Shown here in pieces: positions 9,887-18,174 of a DNA stretch of 64,000 nucleotides; positions within the stretch are counted from its first letter, which is position 1; every line of letters starts with the position of its first letter. The stretch lies in NCBI GenBank assembly GCA_964635905.1, contig CAZWPK010000004.1, forward strand, positions 25,012 to 89,011, read 5' to 3'. The translations under genes and the position numbers were made by a program. The stretch is from an uncultured Pseudomonadales bacterium (GTDB lineage Bacteria > Patescibacteriota > Microgenomatia > UBA1400 > UBA12028). The notes beneath the pieces are model-generated. The model was not told where the DNA came from. It made no database searches and saw only the letters and a program-made list of their open reading frames with translations.

Positions 9887-10690
9887 CTATTTCCCTGGCA
9901 TAGTTAGCACTTGTCCGGGGACAATAATTCCTGGATTCTGTCCAATGGTTGACTTGTTTGCGTTATAAATTTCTACCCATTTGTATCCGTCATTGTACTG
10001 AGCTACGGCAATCTTCCAGAGTGAGTCTCCTTTAGCCACGGTATAACTTCCACCAGTGGTTTGTGTAGGTGCGGCAGATGAACTCGGTGTTGCACTCGGG
10101 GCTGGTGATGCCGTAGGAGTAACACTTGGAGTTGGACTGGCAGTTGGCGATGCGGTAGGCGTAGCAGTGGGACTTGCTGTAGCTACACTTGTTGGCGTGG
10201 GACTGGGTGTACCCGTCGGAGTCGAAGAAGCCACCGCAATCGTGGATCCTGTTGGACTAGGTACCGCACTTCCTGACGCAGTAACATCTGGAATGACCAA
10301 TTCTTGTCCTTGGGTGAGTGTGTACGGGGACTCTAAATTGTTTGCTTTTGCAATTTCGGTCCACTTGTATCCATCGCCATAGACTTCTTGCGCAATTGTC
10401 CACAATCCATCATTGGATTGCACGGTATAGGTGCGTGGAGACCCCATCAAGTCTTCTGTACTCGTGGTGTCACCAATTTCACTAATTTGAGGCGCTGTTT
10501 GTGATGACGATCGACGGATAAAGAAAAACAGGGCTGCAGCTAAGGCAATCACGACAAAGACCCCTAGTAGCGTCGAAAGCTCGGATTCATACCGACGAAT
10601 CAAGTCCATGAAGGATTGTTGAGTAGTGATTTCTTCTTGTTCCTCAACAACAGAAGAGGTGCGAACTTTTCGCTTTTTGGGAGCTGCCAT
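9887..10690 (-). CDS. Membrane-anchored protein with two LysM domains and a Thr/Pro/Ser linker
   Basis: TM helix; 'YTVQSNDGLWTIAQEVYGDGYKW' and 'YTVAKGDSLWKIAVAQYNDGYKW'. Confidence 0.92.
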   Translation of the reverse strand: MAAPKKRKVRTSSVVEEQEEITTQQSFMDLIRRYESELSTLLGVFVVIALAAALFFFIRRSSSQTAPQISEIGDTTSTEDLMGSPRTYTVQSNDGLWTIAQEVYGDGYKWTEIAKANNLESPYTLTQGQELVIPDVTASGSAVPSPTGSTIAVASSTPTGTPSPTPTSVATASPTATPTASPTASPTPSVTPTASPAPSATPSSSAAPTQTTGGSYTVAKGDSLWKIAVAQYNDGYKWVEIYNANKSTIGQNPGIIVPGQVLTMPGK

Positions 10691-10892
10691 ATGCCTTCCT
10701 TTTGCCCGACGTAACGGGCTAATCGTCTAAACTATTTGGATAATCTCTGGGGCAGCAGATTGTATTCAAAGTACGAAGTTTCTTAGGAAGTGTCAAGAGG
10801 GAATCGTGTTGATCTGCCTCTTGATACTCGCCACACACTTGAAAAAAAAGGATTCACTACTGATAATACCAACCAATAATGGGGGATTAACT

Positions 10893-11258
10893 ATGGCAGA
10901 ACGAATTAGAGTAATGGTGGTCAAGAGTAATGAATATGCAGCAATGCAAGCTGCACTATTTCAGGCACTTGGGGGCTCTTTGGGAATGGATTTTACGTCT
11001 ACAACTACCGAAGATGCAGCAATTCAAGCTTTCAAAAATGATCAAACTGATTTTATTGTTTCAGGATATCAAGACATCAATTGGCGAAAACTACTTCATG
11101 AAGTAGGTCCAGATAGAATGCTTGTCTACTCCGCCTATTCCGATGTTGAGACGAGATCAGCAGTGGAATCAGCCGGTGTTTCATACGTGGTGTTAAATGG
11201 GACGGAGGGAATGAGCGCCGTAATTTTGAACATTTTAGGCCGATTTCCACGGGAATAA
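10893..11258 (+). CDS. Degenerate receiver (CheY-like) domain protein, paralogue 1
   Basis: 121 aa; (beta/alpha)5 pattern 'RVMVV..DFIVSG..LVYSA..AGVSYV'; GGGGG SD-like upstream. Confidence 0.65.
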   Translation: MAERIRVMVVKSNEYAAMQAALFQALGGSLGMDFTSTTTEDAAIQAFKNDQTDFIVSGYQDINWRKLLHEVGPDRMLVYSAYSDVETRSAVESAGVSYVVLNGTEGMSAVILNILGRFPRE

Positions 11259-11295
11259 GTGTTAGGTTAATCGTTCTGGTGCAACGTGTGCGTCA

Positions 11296-11679
11296 TTACT
11301 CTCCACCAATGATCTGAATGTAGTTACCATCAAGATCCGCGAAGGTGGCGAAATACTTCTCAAATGTAAATGCCTTAAACGGAGCTGCAATCACTTCAAC
11401 TTCTTTGCTTTTAAGATACTCGAATGCCTCACTGACTGAAGCGACATTAAGATTAAACATATGCCGTGCAGGATCCATATTCTTTCCGTGAACTTGACTA
11501 TGTTGCCCGATCCACAGCCATGTACCACCCGGTTCAATTTCAAAGAGAACTCCCGTATCTTGAGGATGATCCTGCTCTTCGATCACCTTGAATCCGAACA
11601 CGGATTGATACCAATCCGCAAGTTTGCGGAAGTCCTCGGACCAGATTAAGACCGTAGATAGTTTTTCAAATCGGATCAT
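11296..11679 (-). CDS. VOC/glyoxalase family protein
   Basis: 'LADWYQSVFGF', 'FNLNVASV', 'ATFADLDGNYIQI'; ATGA overlap with the GNAT gene. Confidence 0.88.
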   Translation of the reverse strand: MIRFEKLSTVLIWSEDFRKLADWYQSVFGFKVIEEQDHPQDTGVLFEIEPGGTWLWIGQHSQVHGKNMDPARHMFNLNVASVSEAFEYLKSKEVEVIAAPFKAFTFEKYFATFADLDGNYIQIIGGE

Positions 11680-12113
11680 AATAATGAGTCCTCCTTTAAC
11701 TCTTTCCAAAAACACGTGTAGTTGTGCTCACTAGTGACAAATCCGCGTTTGGGATAAAAATGTTGCAACATGGCATTCTCTGCATCCGCAAACAAACATG
11801 TCTCAATTGCACCCTGTTCTCGGGCATGCTGTTCGGCTGTTGCGATCATTTTCGAAGCCAGTCCTTGATTGCGACGTTGTGGTGCCACCGCCAAACGAAA
11901 GTGAAAGACCACTTTTGATCCATAGTTAATGGAGAAAATAGAAGAGACGACAGTTAAACCTTCAACGCCTACTAAGATAGCCGTGGGATTTGCGGCGACC
12001 ATGCTTTCAAGATTTTCTGGTGATTCCCAAGTATCCGCATACAAATGGACCTCTTGTAACAGACGCTTTAGAGAGTCGTAATCGCTGGTTTGATACGGAC
12101 GAATGGTTACCAT
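11676..12113 (-). CDS. GNAT family N-acetyltransferase
   Basis: 'TIRPY', acetyl-CoA motif 'LAVAPQRRNQGLAS', 'HFYPKRGF'. Confidence 0.9.
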   Translation of the reverse strand: MVTIRPYQTSDYDSLKRLLQEVHLYADTWESPENLESMVAANPTAILVGVEGLTVVSSIFSINYGSKVVFHFRLAVAPQRRNQGLASKMIATAEQHAREQGAIETCLFADAENAMLQHFYPKRGFVTSEHNYTCFWKELKEDSLL

Positions 12114-12832
12114 TTCAGATGAATGTAATGAAATTTTTCTAAAAAGGTATTTTCAAACTTAAATGAATTCAAGATATCCTCAACGCCATCTGCATCGAAC
12201 TGACTTTTGTGCTCTGCCAAGGCACGCCGTTTTACATCTTGAAGCTGGGTACAATCAAAATCGAAATTACAGTTACGCTCATCTGTAAGGAGAAGATCAT
12301 AGACGCTGTGCTCCGTGACTCCCTGCGTGTAATGATCTGTGAAAAAGGATCGGTCGCGTGAAAAGGGATAGACGGCATCAATTGCAGCTTCTCCTACTTT
12401 GCGATGGTCACGATGTTGTACAAAATATCCTTGCTTGTTATAGGTGGGCAAATATTGAAGTGATGGTTCATGCGTACACACCATATCGACTTTGAATTTG
12501 CGAATGTAAAAAGAAATCTCACCGATTAACGCCAAGTTACTTTCCACCGCACCATCGGCGTGTCCGAGACAAACAATGTGATCGTTCGGAACCCCAACTA
12601 CTCCAAGGGCTGCTTTTTCCTCAGCTAGACGAATGGCAGCAAGCTCCGTTTCAGAAATCGTATTCTCTCTACTTCCGCGTGCCCCGTTGGTGACTAAGAG
12701 GACATAAACGTCTTTTTTGTCGATTACCAACTGATGCATGAGAGATGCAAAAAAGACGATTGAATCATCGGGGTGGGCAGTGACCACCAGAATTTTTTGT
12801 TTGTTTTCAAAGATTTGAGCGTAGGTATACAT
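12107..12832 (-). CDS. PIG-L/LmbE family deacetylase
   Basis: 'VVTAHPDD', 'TNGARGS', 'HRDH', 'HKSQ'; probable start ATG 12832, 6 nt after TATACT. Confidence 0.9.
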   Translation of the reverse strand: MYTYAQIFENKQKILVVTAHPDDSIVFFASLMHQLVIDKKDVYVLLVTNGARGSRENTISETELAAIRLAEEKAALGVVGVPNDHIVCLGHADGAVESNLALIGEISFYIRKFKVDMVCTHEPSLQYLPTYNKQGYFVQHRDHRKVGEAAIDAVYPFSRDRSFFTDHYTQGVTEHSVYDLLLTDERNCNFDFDCTQLQDVKRRALAEHKSQFDADGVEDILNSFKFENTFLEKFHYIHLKW

Positions 12833-13001
12833 GAGTGGAGTATAGCAAAGGGATGGTGATCTTACAAAGTGTTGTGATCGTTGAAATGGGTTCACTGGTT
12901 CGTGTGAAGCTCTGAGCACACGCTCTAGATTAAATGAAATGGTATTGCTTGTTAACAATTGGTTTGCCAGGATCCACCACAGATATATTCTAGGAGACAC
13001 T

Positions 13002-13361
13002 ATGGCAGAAAAAAGACGTATAGGTGTTCTAAAGCGGGGGCGATTGGGGCATGATCTAGCGAGTGCATTAAATGGCGAGGATCCACAGTTGCAATTTATT
13101 GCACTGCCGGATGAACAGTTTGCTGTGGATGCTTTAAACAAGGGGTATGCTTCACTTATTGCCTCGGGAGTTGTTGGTATTGCGTGGGAAGATGTGTACC
13201 GCCAAGTTGGAATAGACCGTTTTATTGCGTACTCGACAGAAGTGACTGACGAAGAACTCGATATCATGAAGAAAGCTGGAATTTCGTTTGTTCCACAAGC
13301 ATTTCGAGAAAGCATAGAAAATCTGCTTGTTGTTATTCGCAGTAAAGTATCAAGAGAGTAG
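13002..13361 (+). CDS. Degenerate receiver-like protein, paralogue 2
   Basis: 119 aa; AGGAGA SD; 'SLIASG..W..VGIDRFIAYS..AGISFV'. Confidence 0.65.
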   Translation: MAEKRRIGVLKRGRLGHDLASALNGEDPQLQFIALPDEQFAVDALNKGYASLIASGVVGIAWEDVYRQVGIDRFIAYSTEVTDEELDIMKKAGISFVPQAFRESIENLLVVIRSKVSRE

Positions 13362-13427
13362 TAAAAACTAGAGAGTTATTTTGGCCATTGTGTAAGTAGA
13401 TCGTGAAGTTCATAAAAAGGAGTAAAT

Positions 13428-13796
13428 ATGTCAGAAGTTGTGAACGTGGTAATGTTAAAAAAAGGTGGTATCGCTCAACAGTTAGCAAAAGCTTTCAATG
13501 ATTTTGATCCACAGATTGTATTTTCAGGTACGGACTCTGAAGAGATTGCAGCAAAGACAGTCCTTGATGGCACTGCGCATCTGATTGTTTCCGGACTAGT
13601 CGGAGTTGATTGGGAATACGTACTCAAAACGGTGGGTGACGAGAGACTAATAGTCTATGCTCCAGTCAATTTCCCGCAAGATCGGATTGCACGAAGTCAA
13701 GTCAATAACGCTGGTGCAACTTTTGTAGAAATGCGCATCACCGAAGGAGCAGCGCCATTACTACAGGCTATTATTAAAAAATTTCCACGCGACTAA
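13428..13796 (+). CDS. Degenerate receiver-like protein, paralogue 3
   Basis: 122 aa; AAGGAG SD; 'HLIVSG..W..VGDERLIVYA..AGATFV'. Confidence 0.65.
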   Translation: MSEVVNVVMLKKGGIAQQLAKAFNDFDPQIVFSGTDSEEIAAKTVLDGTAHLIVSGLVGVDWEYVLKTVGDERLIVYAPVNFPQDRIARSQVNNAGATFVEMRITEGAAPLLQAIIKKFPRD

Positions 13797-13837
13797 GTCA
13801 CTGGACATATTGTACAACCGCCTATCCTTAAGATGCT

Positions 13838-13870
13838 AAAAAGCACATAGATACTATGTGCTTTTTTATT
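13838..13870 (+). terminator. Intrinsic, probably bidirectional terminator
   Basis: AAAAAGCACATAG-ATA-CTATGTGCTTTTTT. Confidence 0.8.
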
Positions 13871-13879
13871 GCTTTCCAT

Positions 13880-14462
13880 GCAGAAAACCGCGCAGGACAT
13901 TCCATTGGAGCGAAGCGAGGAATGCGCGGATGAATGAGCGAAAGCATGGCGGAGCCATGCTAAGCTGTTGCCATGCGAATTCGGCAGCTCAATCATTCTG
14001 TATATCAGGTGCAATATCACATTGTGTGGGGGACCAAGTACCGACGGAAAATACTCAAGGAGTATGTGAAGACAGCATTGATCAAAAGTCTTCACAAAGT
14101 ACAGAGGAAGTTTCCAACTTGGTATTTCCACCGCATCAATACCGATCAGGACCATGTGCACCTGATCATTGAGATACCTCCCAAAGATAGCCTTGCGTTT
14201 TGTGTGCAACAACTCAAAAGTAGCACCAGTGCTGACCTGCAGAAACAGTTTCCCTTCATTGCACGTATTTTTCCAGATGGAAGTATGTGGTCTGTCGGCT
14301 ACTTTGTCAGCACGATCGGACTCAATGAAGAACAAATTCAAAAATATGTGGACAAGCAAGGCCAAAAAGATAAGAGTATGGATGTAACCGCCGAATATGC
14401 ATGAGTAGCGGAGCAAAAGAAACCCCGCACTTAGCGTTAGCGTAGTGCGGGGAGTACGTCAT
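13880..14462 (+). mobile_element. IS200/IS605-family element (tnpA only); ends approximate
   Basis: Y1 transposase flanked by hairpins (13888-13929, 13943-13961, 14423-14452) and a right end ...GGGGAGTACGTCA. Confidence 0.8.
13973..14404 (+). CDS. tnpA: IS200 Y1 transposase
   Basis: 'YHIVWGTKYRR', HUH 'DHVHL', 'WSVGYFVSTIG', catalytic Tyr in 'IQKYVDKQ'. Confidence 0.95.
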   Translation: MRIRQLNHSVYQVQYHIVWGTKYRRKILKEYVKTALIKSLHKVQRKFPTWYFHRINTDQDHVHLIIEIPPKDSLAFCVQQLKSSTSADLQKQFPFIARIFPDGSMWSVGYFVSTIGLNEEQIQKYVDKQGQKDKSMDVTAEYA

Positions 14463-14482
14463 TACTCCAATAATTCAATCAC

Positions 14483-14896
14483 TTATTTACCAGTGGATTT
14501 AACGGTCAGTTTCTTTGGTTGTGCTTTTGCAGCTTTGGTAAACCTGATATGTACTAACCCGTGAGCCAGCTCTGTTTCGGGCTCAATGGTAATGTCAATG
14601 TCTCCAGGAACTGCAAGTTGGTAGGAGAAGTATTTTTGAGACCGTCGAAAGAACTTTTTTCCTTCTTTTTCTTCCTGTTTTGCTTCGGCTACAATCCTTA
14701 GCATGCCCTTCTCAAAAGTAATATCGATATCTTTGTCTTGAATTCCTGGGACTGCAGCTTCGACGTAGACATGTTTATCATCTTCAGCAACCGATAATCC
14801 ACTTGGAGTGTTGGTCATCATTCCCCAGTCTTCATCATCCATCATGGATGGAAGGGAAGGAAATGAGAAGAAAGAACGTGGTAATAAATAGGACAT
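14483..14896 (-). CDS. Hsp20/alpha-crystallin small heat-shock protein
   Basis: 'VYVEAAVPGI..DIDITFEKGMLRI', 'HGLVHIRFTK'; AAAGGAGG SD before ATG 14896. Confidence 0.92.
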   Translation of the reverse strand: MSYLLPRSFFSFPSLPSMMDDEDWGMMTNTPSGLSVAEDDKHVYVEAAVPGIQDKDIDITFEKGMLRIVAEAKQEEKEGKKFFRRSQKYFSYQLAVPGDIDITIEPETELAHGLVHIRFTKAAKAQPKKLTVKSTGK

Positions 14897-15062
14897 AGTC
14901 CTCCTTTCCCCAATAGGGAATACTGTATGTAATTTCTGTATGCTAGATACAGAGAGCACAGTTGCGATAAAGGTGGGTAATTAACCCGGTGAGTGTTTAC
15001 CCCAACTGCCTTCTCTATATCTAACGCATCAACTCAATCTGTATTGTGTTTTTACTATCGAA

Positions 15063-15123
15063 TTAGCAATAAAATATCATGACTGCTAAACGGTGTCAAG
15101 CAGTCAAACACGCCGAGTGCCAG
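15063..15123 (-). promoter_or_regulatory. hsp20 sigma70 promoter with two tandem CIRCE (HrcA) operators
   Basis: TTAGCAATA-N9-GACTGCTAA (15063-15089) and CAAGCAGTC-N9-GAGTGCCAG (15097-15123); minus-strand TTGACA-N17-TATTTT overlaps them. Confidence 0.8.
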
Positions 15124-15262
15124 CTCTGTTGGAAAGATGTATCCTTGTGCGGGACAAACGCATTGAGTAAACGCACACAATCCAAGCAATTCACGCTTGG
15201 ATAAACGTAAGTACGCATGACTACTGATCAGCAGAGCTTATAGAAGATGCCCTATGGAGAGG

Positions 15263-15769
15263 CTACATTAATGGAGTCGGAGCAGGGGTAGCTAATCCAG
15301 GCCCTGTGGCTGGTGAGGTCGGCAAATCAGCACAGGCGGATTTTTGAACACTTACGGCAAGTGGACCCATGCCCTTAAGCGCAGCCATCGAGACATCGAG
15401 TTGAGTTGCAGAAGTGCCATTACTCAGGGATGTGAGAGGATATTTGACTTCTCCAAGCTTTGTACAACTTCCCATGTAAATATTGGCAGTTTGTGCTGAA
15501 GCTGCTTGCATGTCAGAAAGTGAAATGGTCACCGTTACCCGTCCATTTTGTTCTTCTAAGACTGCAGTTCCCGAAACTCCGGAGTTATTGTTGGGAAGTA
15601 ACGAAATGGTGGTCGTGCCAATCATGGAATCCGTTTCTTGTGTCGGTGAACTTGGGGTGTCTTGAAAACGCAGGGAAGAGTCTGTCGTTTCTGGAACCGA
15701 AGGCGTTGTAGCACGACACGCGGTAAGAAGGATGCTAGTGATTGCCAGCAAGAGGAATCGTTTGGTCAT
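15263..15769 (-). CDS. Lipoprotein with a CHRD/Cu-Zn-SOD-like beta domain
   Basis: Lipobox 'LLTAC'; 'NNSGVSGTAVL', 'GSC..LGEVKYPL', 'ACADL'. Confidence 0.65.
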   Translation of the reverse strand: MTKRFLLLAITSILLTACRATTPSVPETTDSSLRFQDTPSSPTQETDSMIGTTTISLLPNNNSGVSGTAVLEEQNGRVTVTISLSDMQAASAQTANIYMGSCTKLGEVKYPLTSLSNGTSATQLDVSMAALKGMGPLAVSVQKSACADLPTSPATGPGLATPAPTPLM

Positions 15770-15892
15770 AGTATGTCTCCAAATTAAACGATGTGTTTTG
15801 CTAATCCTAATGGATACATCTGTATTCAGTCTACACGACTTTTTAAAAATGTTTTCGTAAGAATGCACGAAATTGAACTATGATAGGATAGA

Positions 15893-16336
15893 GTGACTAT
15901 GATCAAGGAAAAAATCCAATCCCAACTTAAAGAGGCAATGAAAGCTAGAGACAGTGTGAAGTTAGAAACGCTGCGCTTCCTGCTCTCCGAATTAAAGTAT
16001 GCAGAAATCGCACTACAGCATGAATTGACAGAGGAAGAAGAGCTTCAAGTGCTTTCCAAAGAAGTGAAGAAACGCACCGATGCGGTGCAGCTTTTTAAAG
16101 ATTCTGGACGTGACCAATTAGTCATAGAAGAAGAAGCAAAATTAGTCTTTATTCGTTCGTTCCTTCCTGCCCAACTGTCCGCACAAGAATTAGAGGTAAT
16201 TGTGGATGACGTGATTGCAAATGTTTCTGATCGTTCATTTGGATCCGTGATGAAAGAAGTTGTTTCACACACTAAGGGAAGAGCCGATGGGAAAACAATT
16301 AGTTCACTAGTAAAGACAAAATTAGGAAATGCATGA
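15893..16336 (+). CDS. GatB/YqeY domain protein
   Basis: 'LKEAMKARD', 'KEVKKR', 'FLPAQLS', 'KGRADGK'. Confidence 0.92.
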   Translation: MTMIKEKIQSQLKEAMKARDSVKLETLRFLLSELKYAEIALQHELTEEEELQVLSKEVKKRTDAVQLFKDSGRDQLVIEEEAKLVFIRSFLPAQLSAQELEVIVDDVIANVSDRSFGSVMKEVVSHTKGRADGKTISSLVKTKLGNA

Positions 16337-17178
16337 ATTTAACGTCTTTTCAAACATCCGATGGCTGGTTTACCATTGCTCCCTTTGATCACCGTGGCTC
16401 GCTGGCAACTTCCTTGAAGTTGGATTTATCCAATCAATTGGATCGCGAAAAATTTCTCCATATTAAGCAGTTGTTTATGCGGATCTTAAGTCCACATGTG
16501 TCTGCCGTCCTCACGGATCCTGAATATGGGATTCGGACTCTGGATGATAAAGCAGCCAACTGCGGTTTGTTTCTGTCGTTAGAAGAATCTGGGTATTCCT
16601 CAGATAAAGATGCAATGACGATCTTGCGCTCCGACTGGGGAGTAGCAGGAGTGAAGAAACATGCAGCGGGTGCCAAACTATTAGTCTATGTGAACCCGAC
16701 ATCTTCAACCGCTGATGCCAAACTCAAATTGATTGAGTCGGTAGCCAATGAGTGTTCACTTGCCCAAGTCCCGTTTTTACTCGAGCCGGTGCTCTATCCG
16801 CTGGAGCAGTCACCGTTGTGGGAAAAAGAAGGGGATGAACAGTGGATTGCCACCCATTTAGAAGTCTGTAAAACCATGGCTCCATTTTGTGACATTTTAA
16901 AAATTCAGTATCCCGGTAGTCAGGATGCGTGTGCGAAGGTTTCATCACTACATCCAAACTGGATACTTCTTTCTAGAGGTGCTGCTTTTGAGACATTTAC
17001 GGACTATTTAACCACTGCCGCACGACAGGGGTGTAAGGGATTTGCCGCAGGGCGTGCCGTCTGGCAAGAAATTGAGGAGTTGGACGCGAGAGAATGGGAA
17101 GGGTTTCTTCGTACCACTGCTGTCCCTAGACTACTAGAATTGAGTCAGATTCTTCGTACTGCGAATACACTTGCATAA
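16333..17178 (+). CDS. LacD-like class I (tagatose-bisphosphate type) aldolase
   Basis: 'PFDHRGS', 'LTDPEYG', 'AKLLVY', 'FLLEP', Schiff-base Lys 'DILKIQYPG', 'GFAAGRAVW'. Confidence 0.82.
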   Translation: MNLTSFQTSDGWFTIAPFDHRGSLATSLKLDLSNQLDREKFLHIKQLFMRILSPHVSAVLTDPEYGIRTLDDKAANCGLFLSLEESGYSSDKDAMTILRSDWGVAGVKKHAAGAKLLVYVNPTSSTADAKLKLIESVANECSLAQVPFLLEPVLYPLEQSPLWEKEGDEQWIATHLEVCKTMAPFCDILKIQYPGSQDACAKVSSLHPNWILLSRGAAFETFTDYLTTAARQGCKGFAAGRAVWQEIEELDAREWEGFLRTTAVPRLLELSQILRTANTLA

Positions 17179-17208
17179 CTGCCTGTCGCATAGGATACTC
17201 GAGACTTC

Positions 17209-18174
17209 ATGGCCTCTTTTCCACTACGTTTATTGCAACAACTTTTGTTAGCTTGGTATCAAAAAAATAAGCGACCATTGCCATGGAGAGAATTGGTTCC
17301 GTTGAAGAATCAGGGAGTTGGTTCATCCGTTATCCGTGACCCATATAAAGTGATCGTTTCAGAAATGATGTTGCAACAAACACAAGTGCAAACGGTGCTA
17401 CCCAAATACGCCGCCTTTCTTGAGCGTTTTCCCACTTTGGATGCGTTAGCTGCAACTCCCCTTGCGGAGGTGATCATTTCTTGGAAAGGATTAGGATATA
17501 ACCGTCGGGCAAAGCATCTCTTGGAAACTGCAAAGATAATTTCCACTACCCACAAGGGAAACTTTCCTTCGGAAGAGCAGACACTGCGATCATTACCAGG
17601 GTTTGGTCCGTATATGGTGTCTGCAGTTCAAGTTTTTGCCTTTGGAATGCAAGGCGCTGTAATTGATGTGAATGTTGCACGTGTGTTGACCCGCACCCAG
17701 GTTGGGGTAGACATTCTTCCTGCCAAAGCGCTAACAGCACTTGCAGAGCAATCCGTGCCATTAGGGCATGCTGATGACTGGCATCAGGGCTTAATGGATT
17801 TTGGATCCACCATTTGTACCGCGAAAGCACCGCGTTGTACGGACTGCCCAGTTTCAAGACTTTGTTGCGCCAATCAACAAGCAAAAGCTGCAGGTTTTCT
17901 GTCATATGCGGAGTGGCTGGTTGCGCATCCGGTCAAAAAAAAGACGTCAACAAAAGATCGTGGAAAACGTTTTGAAGAAACCGATCGCTATTTTCGTGGG
18001 CGCATTATTGACTATTTACGTCAAGGGTCATTGCCGATGGTAGAGCTACAGGAAAAAATGCGCGCAGAGCATCAGCTAGATAATCGGGTGCGCTTTGGCT
18101 CTTTAATTGAAGCTCTGATGGTCGATGGTTTAATCCAGATTCAAGGCACAGAGGTGGGATTAAAATTAACTTAA
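17209..18174 (+). CDS. mutY: A/G-specific adenine glycosylase (MutY-like, no evident NUDIX domain)
   Basis: 'RPLPWR', 'SEMMLQQTQV', 'WKGLGYNRRA', HhH 'LPGFGPY', 4Fe-4S C-x6-C-x2-C-x5-C. Confidence 0.88.
   Translation: MASFPLRLLQQLLLAWYQKNKRPLPWRELVPLKNQGVGSSVIRDPYKVIVSEMMLQQTQVQTVLPKYAAFLERFPTLDALAATPLAEVIISWKGLGYNRRAKHLLETAKIISTTHKGNFPSEEQTLRSLPGFGPYMVSAVQVFAFGMQGAVIDVNVARVLTRTQVGVDILPAKALTALAEQSVPLGHADDWHQGLMDFGSTICTAKAPRCTDCPVSRLCCANQQAKAAGFLSYAEWLVAHPVKKKTSTKDRGKRFEETDRYFRGRIIDYLRQGSLPMVELQEKMRAEHQLDNRVRFGSLIEALMVDGLIQIQGTEVGLKLT

Noticed and set aside
10050-10290. Repetitive sequence in the LysM gene as a possible array
   Set aside because: Encodes a Thr/Pro/Ser linker; no repeat-spacer structure. 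No CRISPR array was seen in the window.
12833-13315. N-terminal extension of the PIG-L ORF to 402 aa
   Set aside because: Antisense shadow of the 13002 gene; the probable start is 12832.
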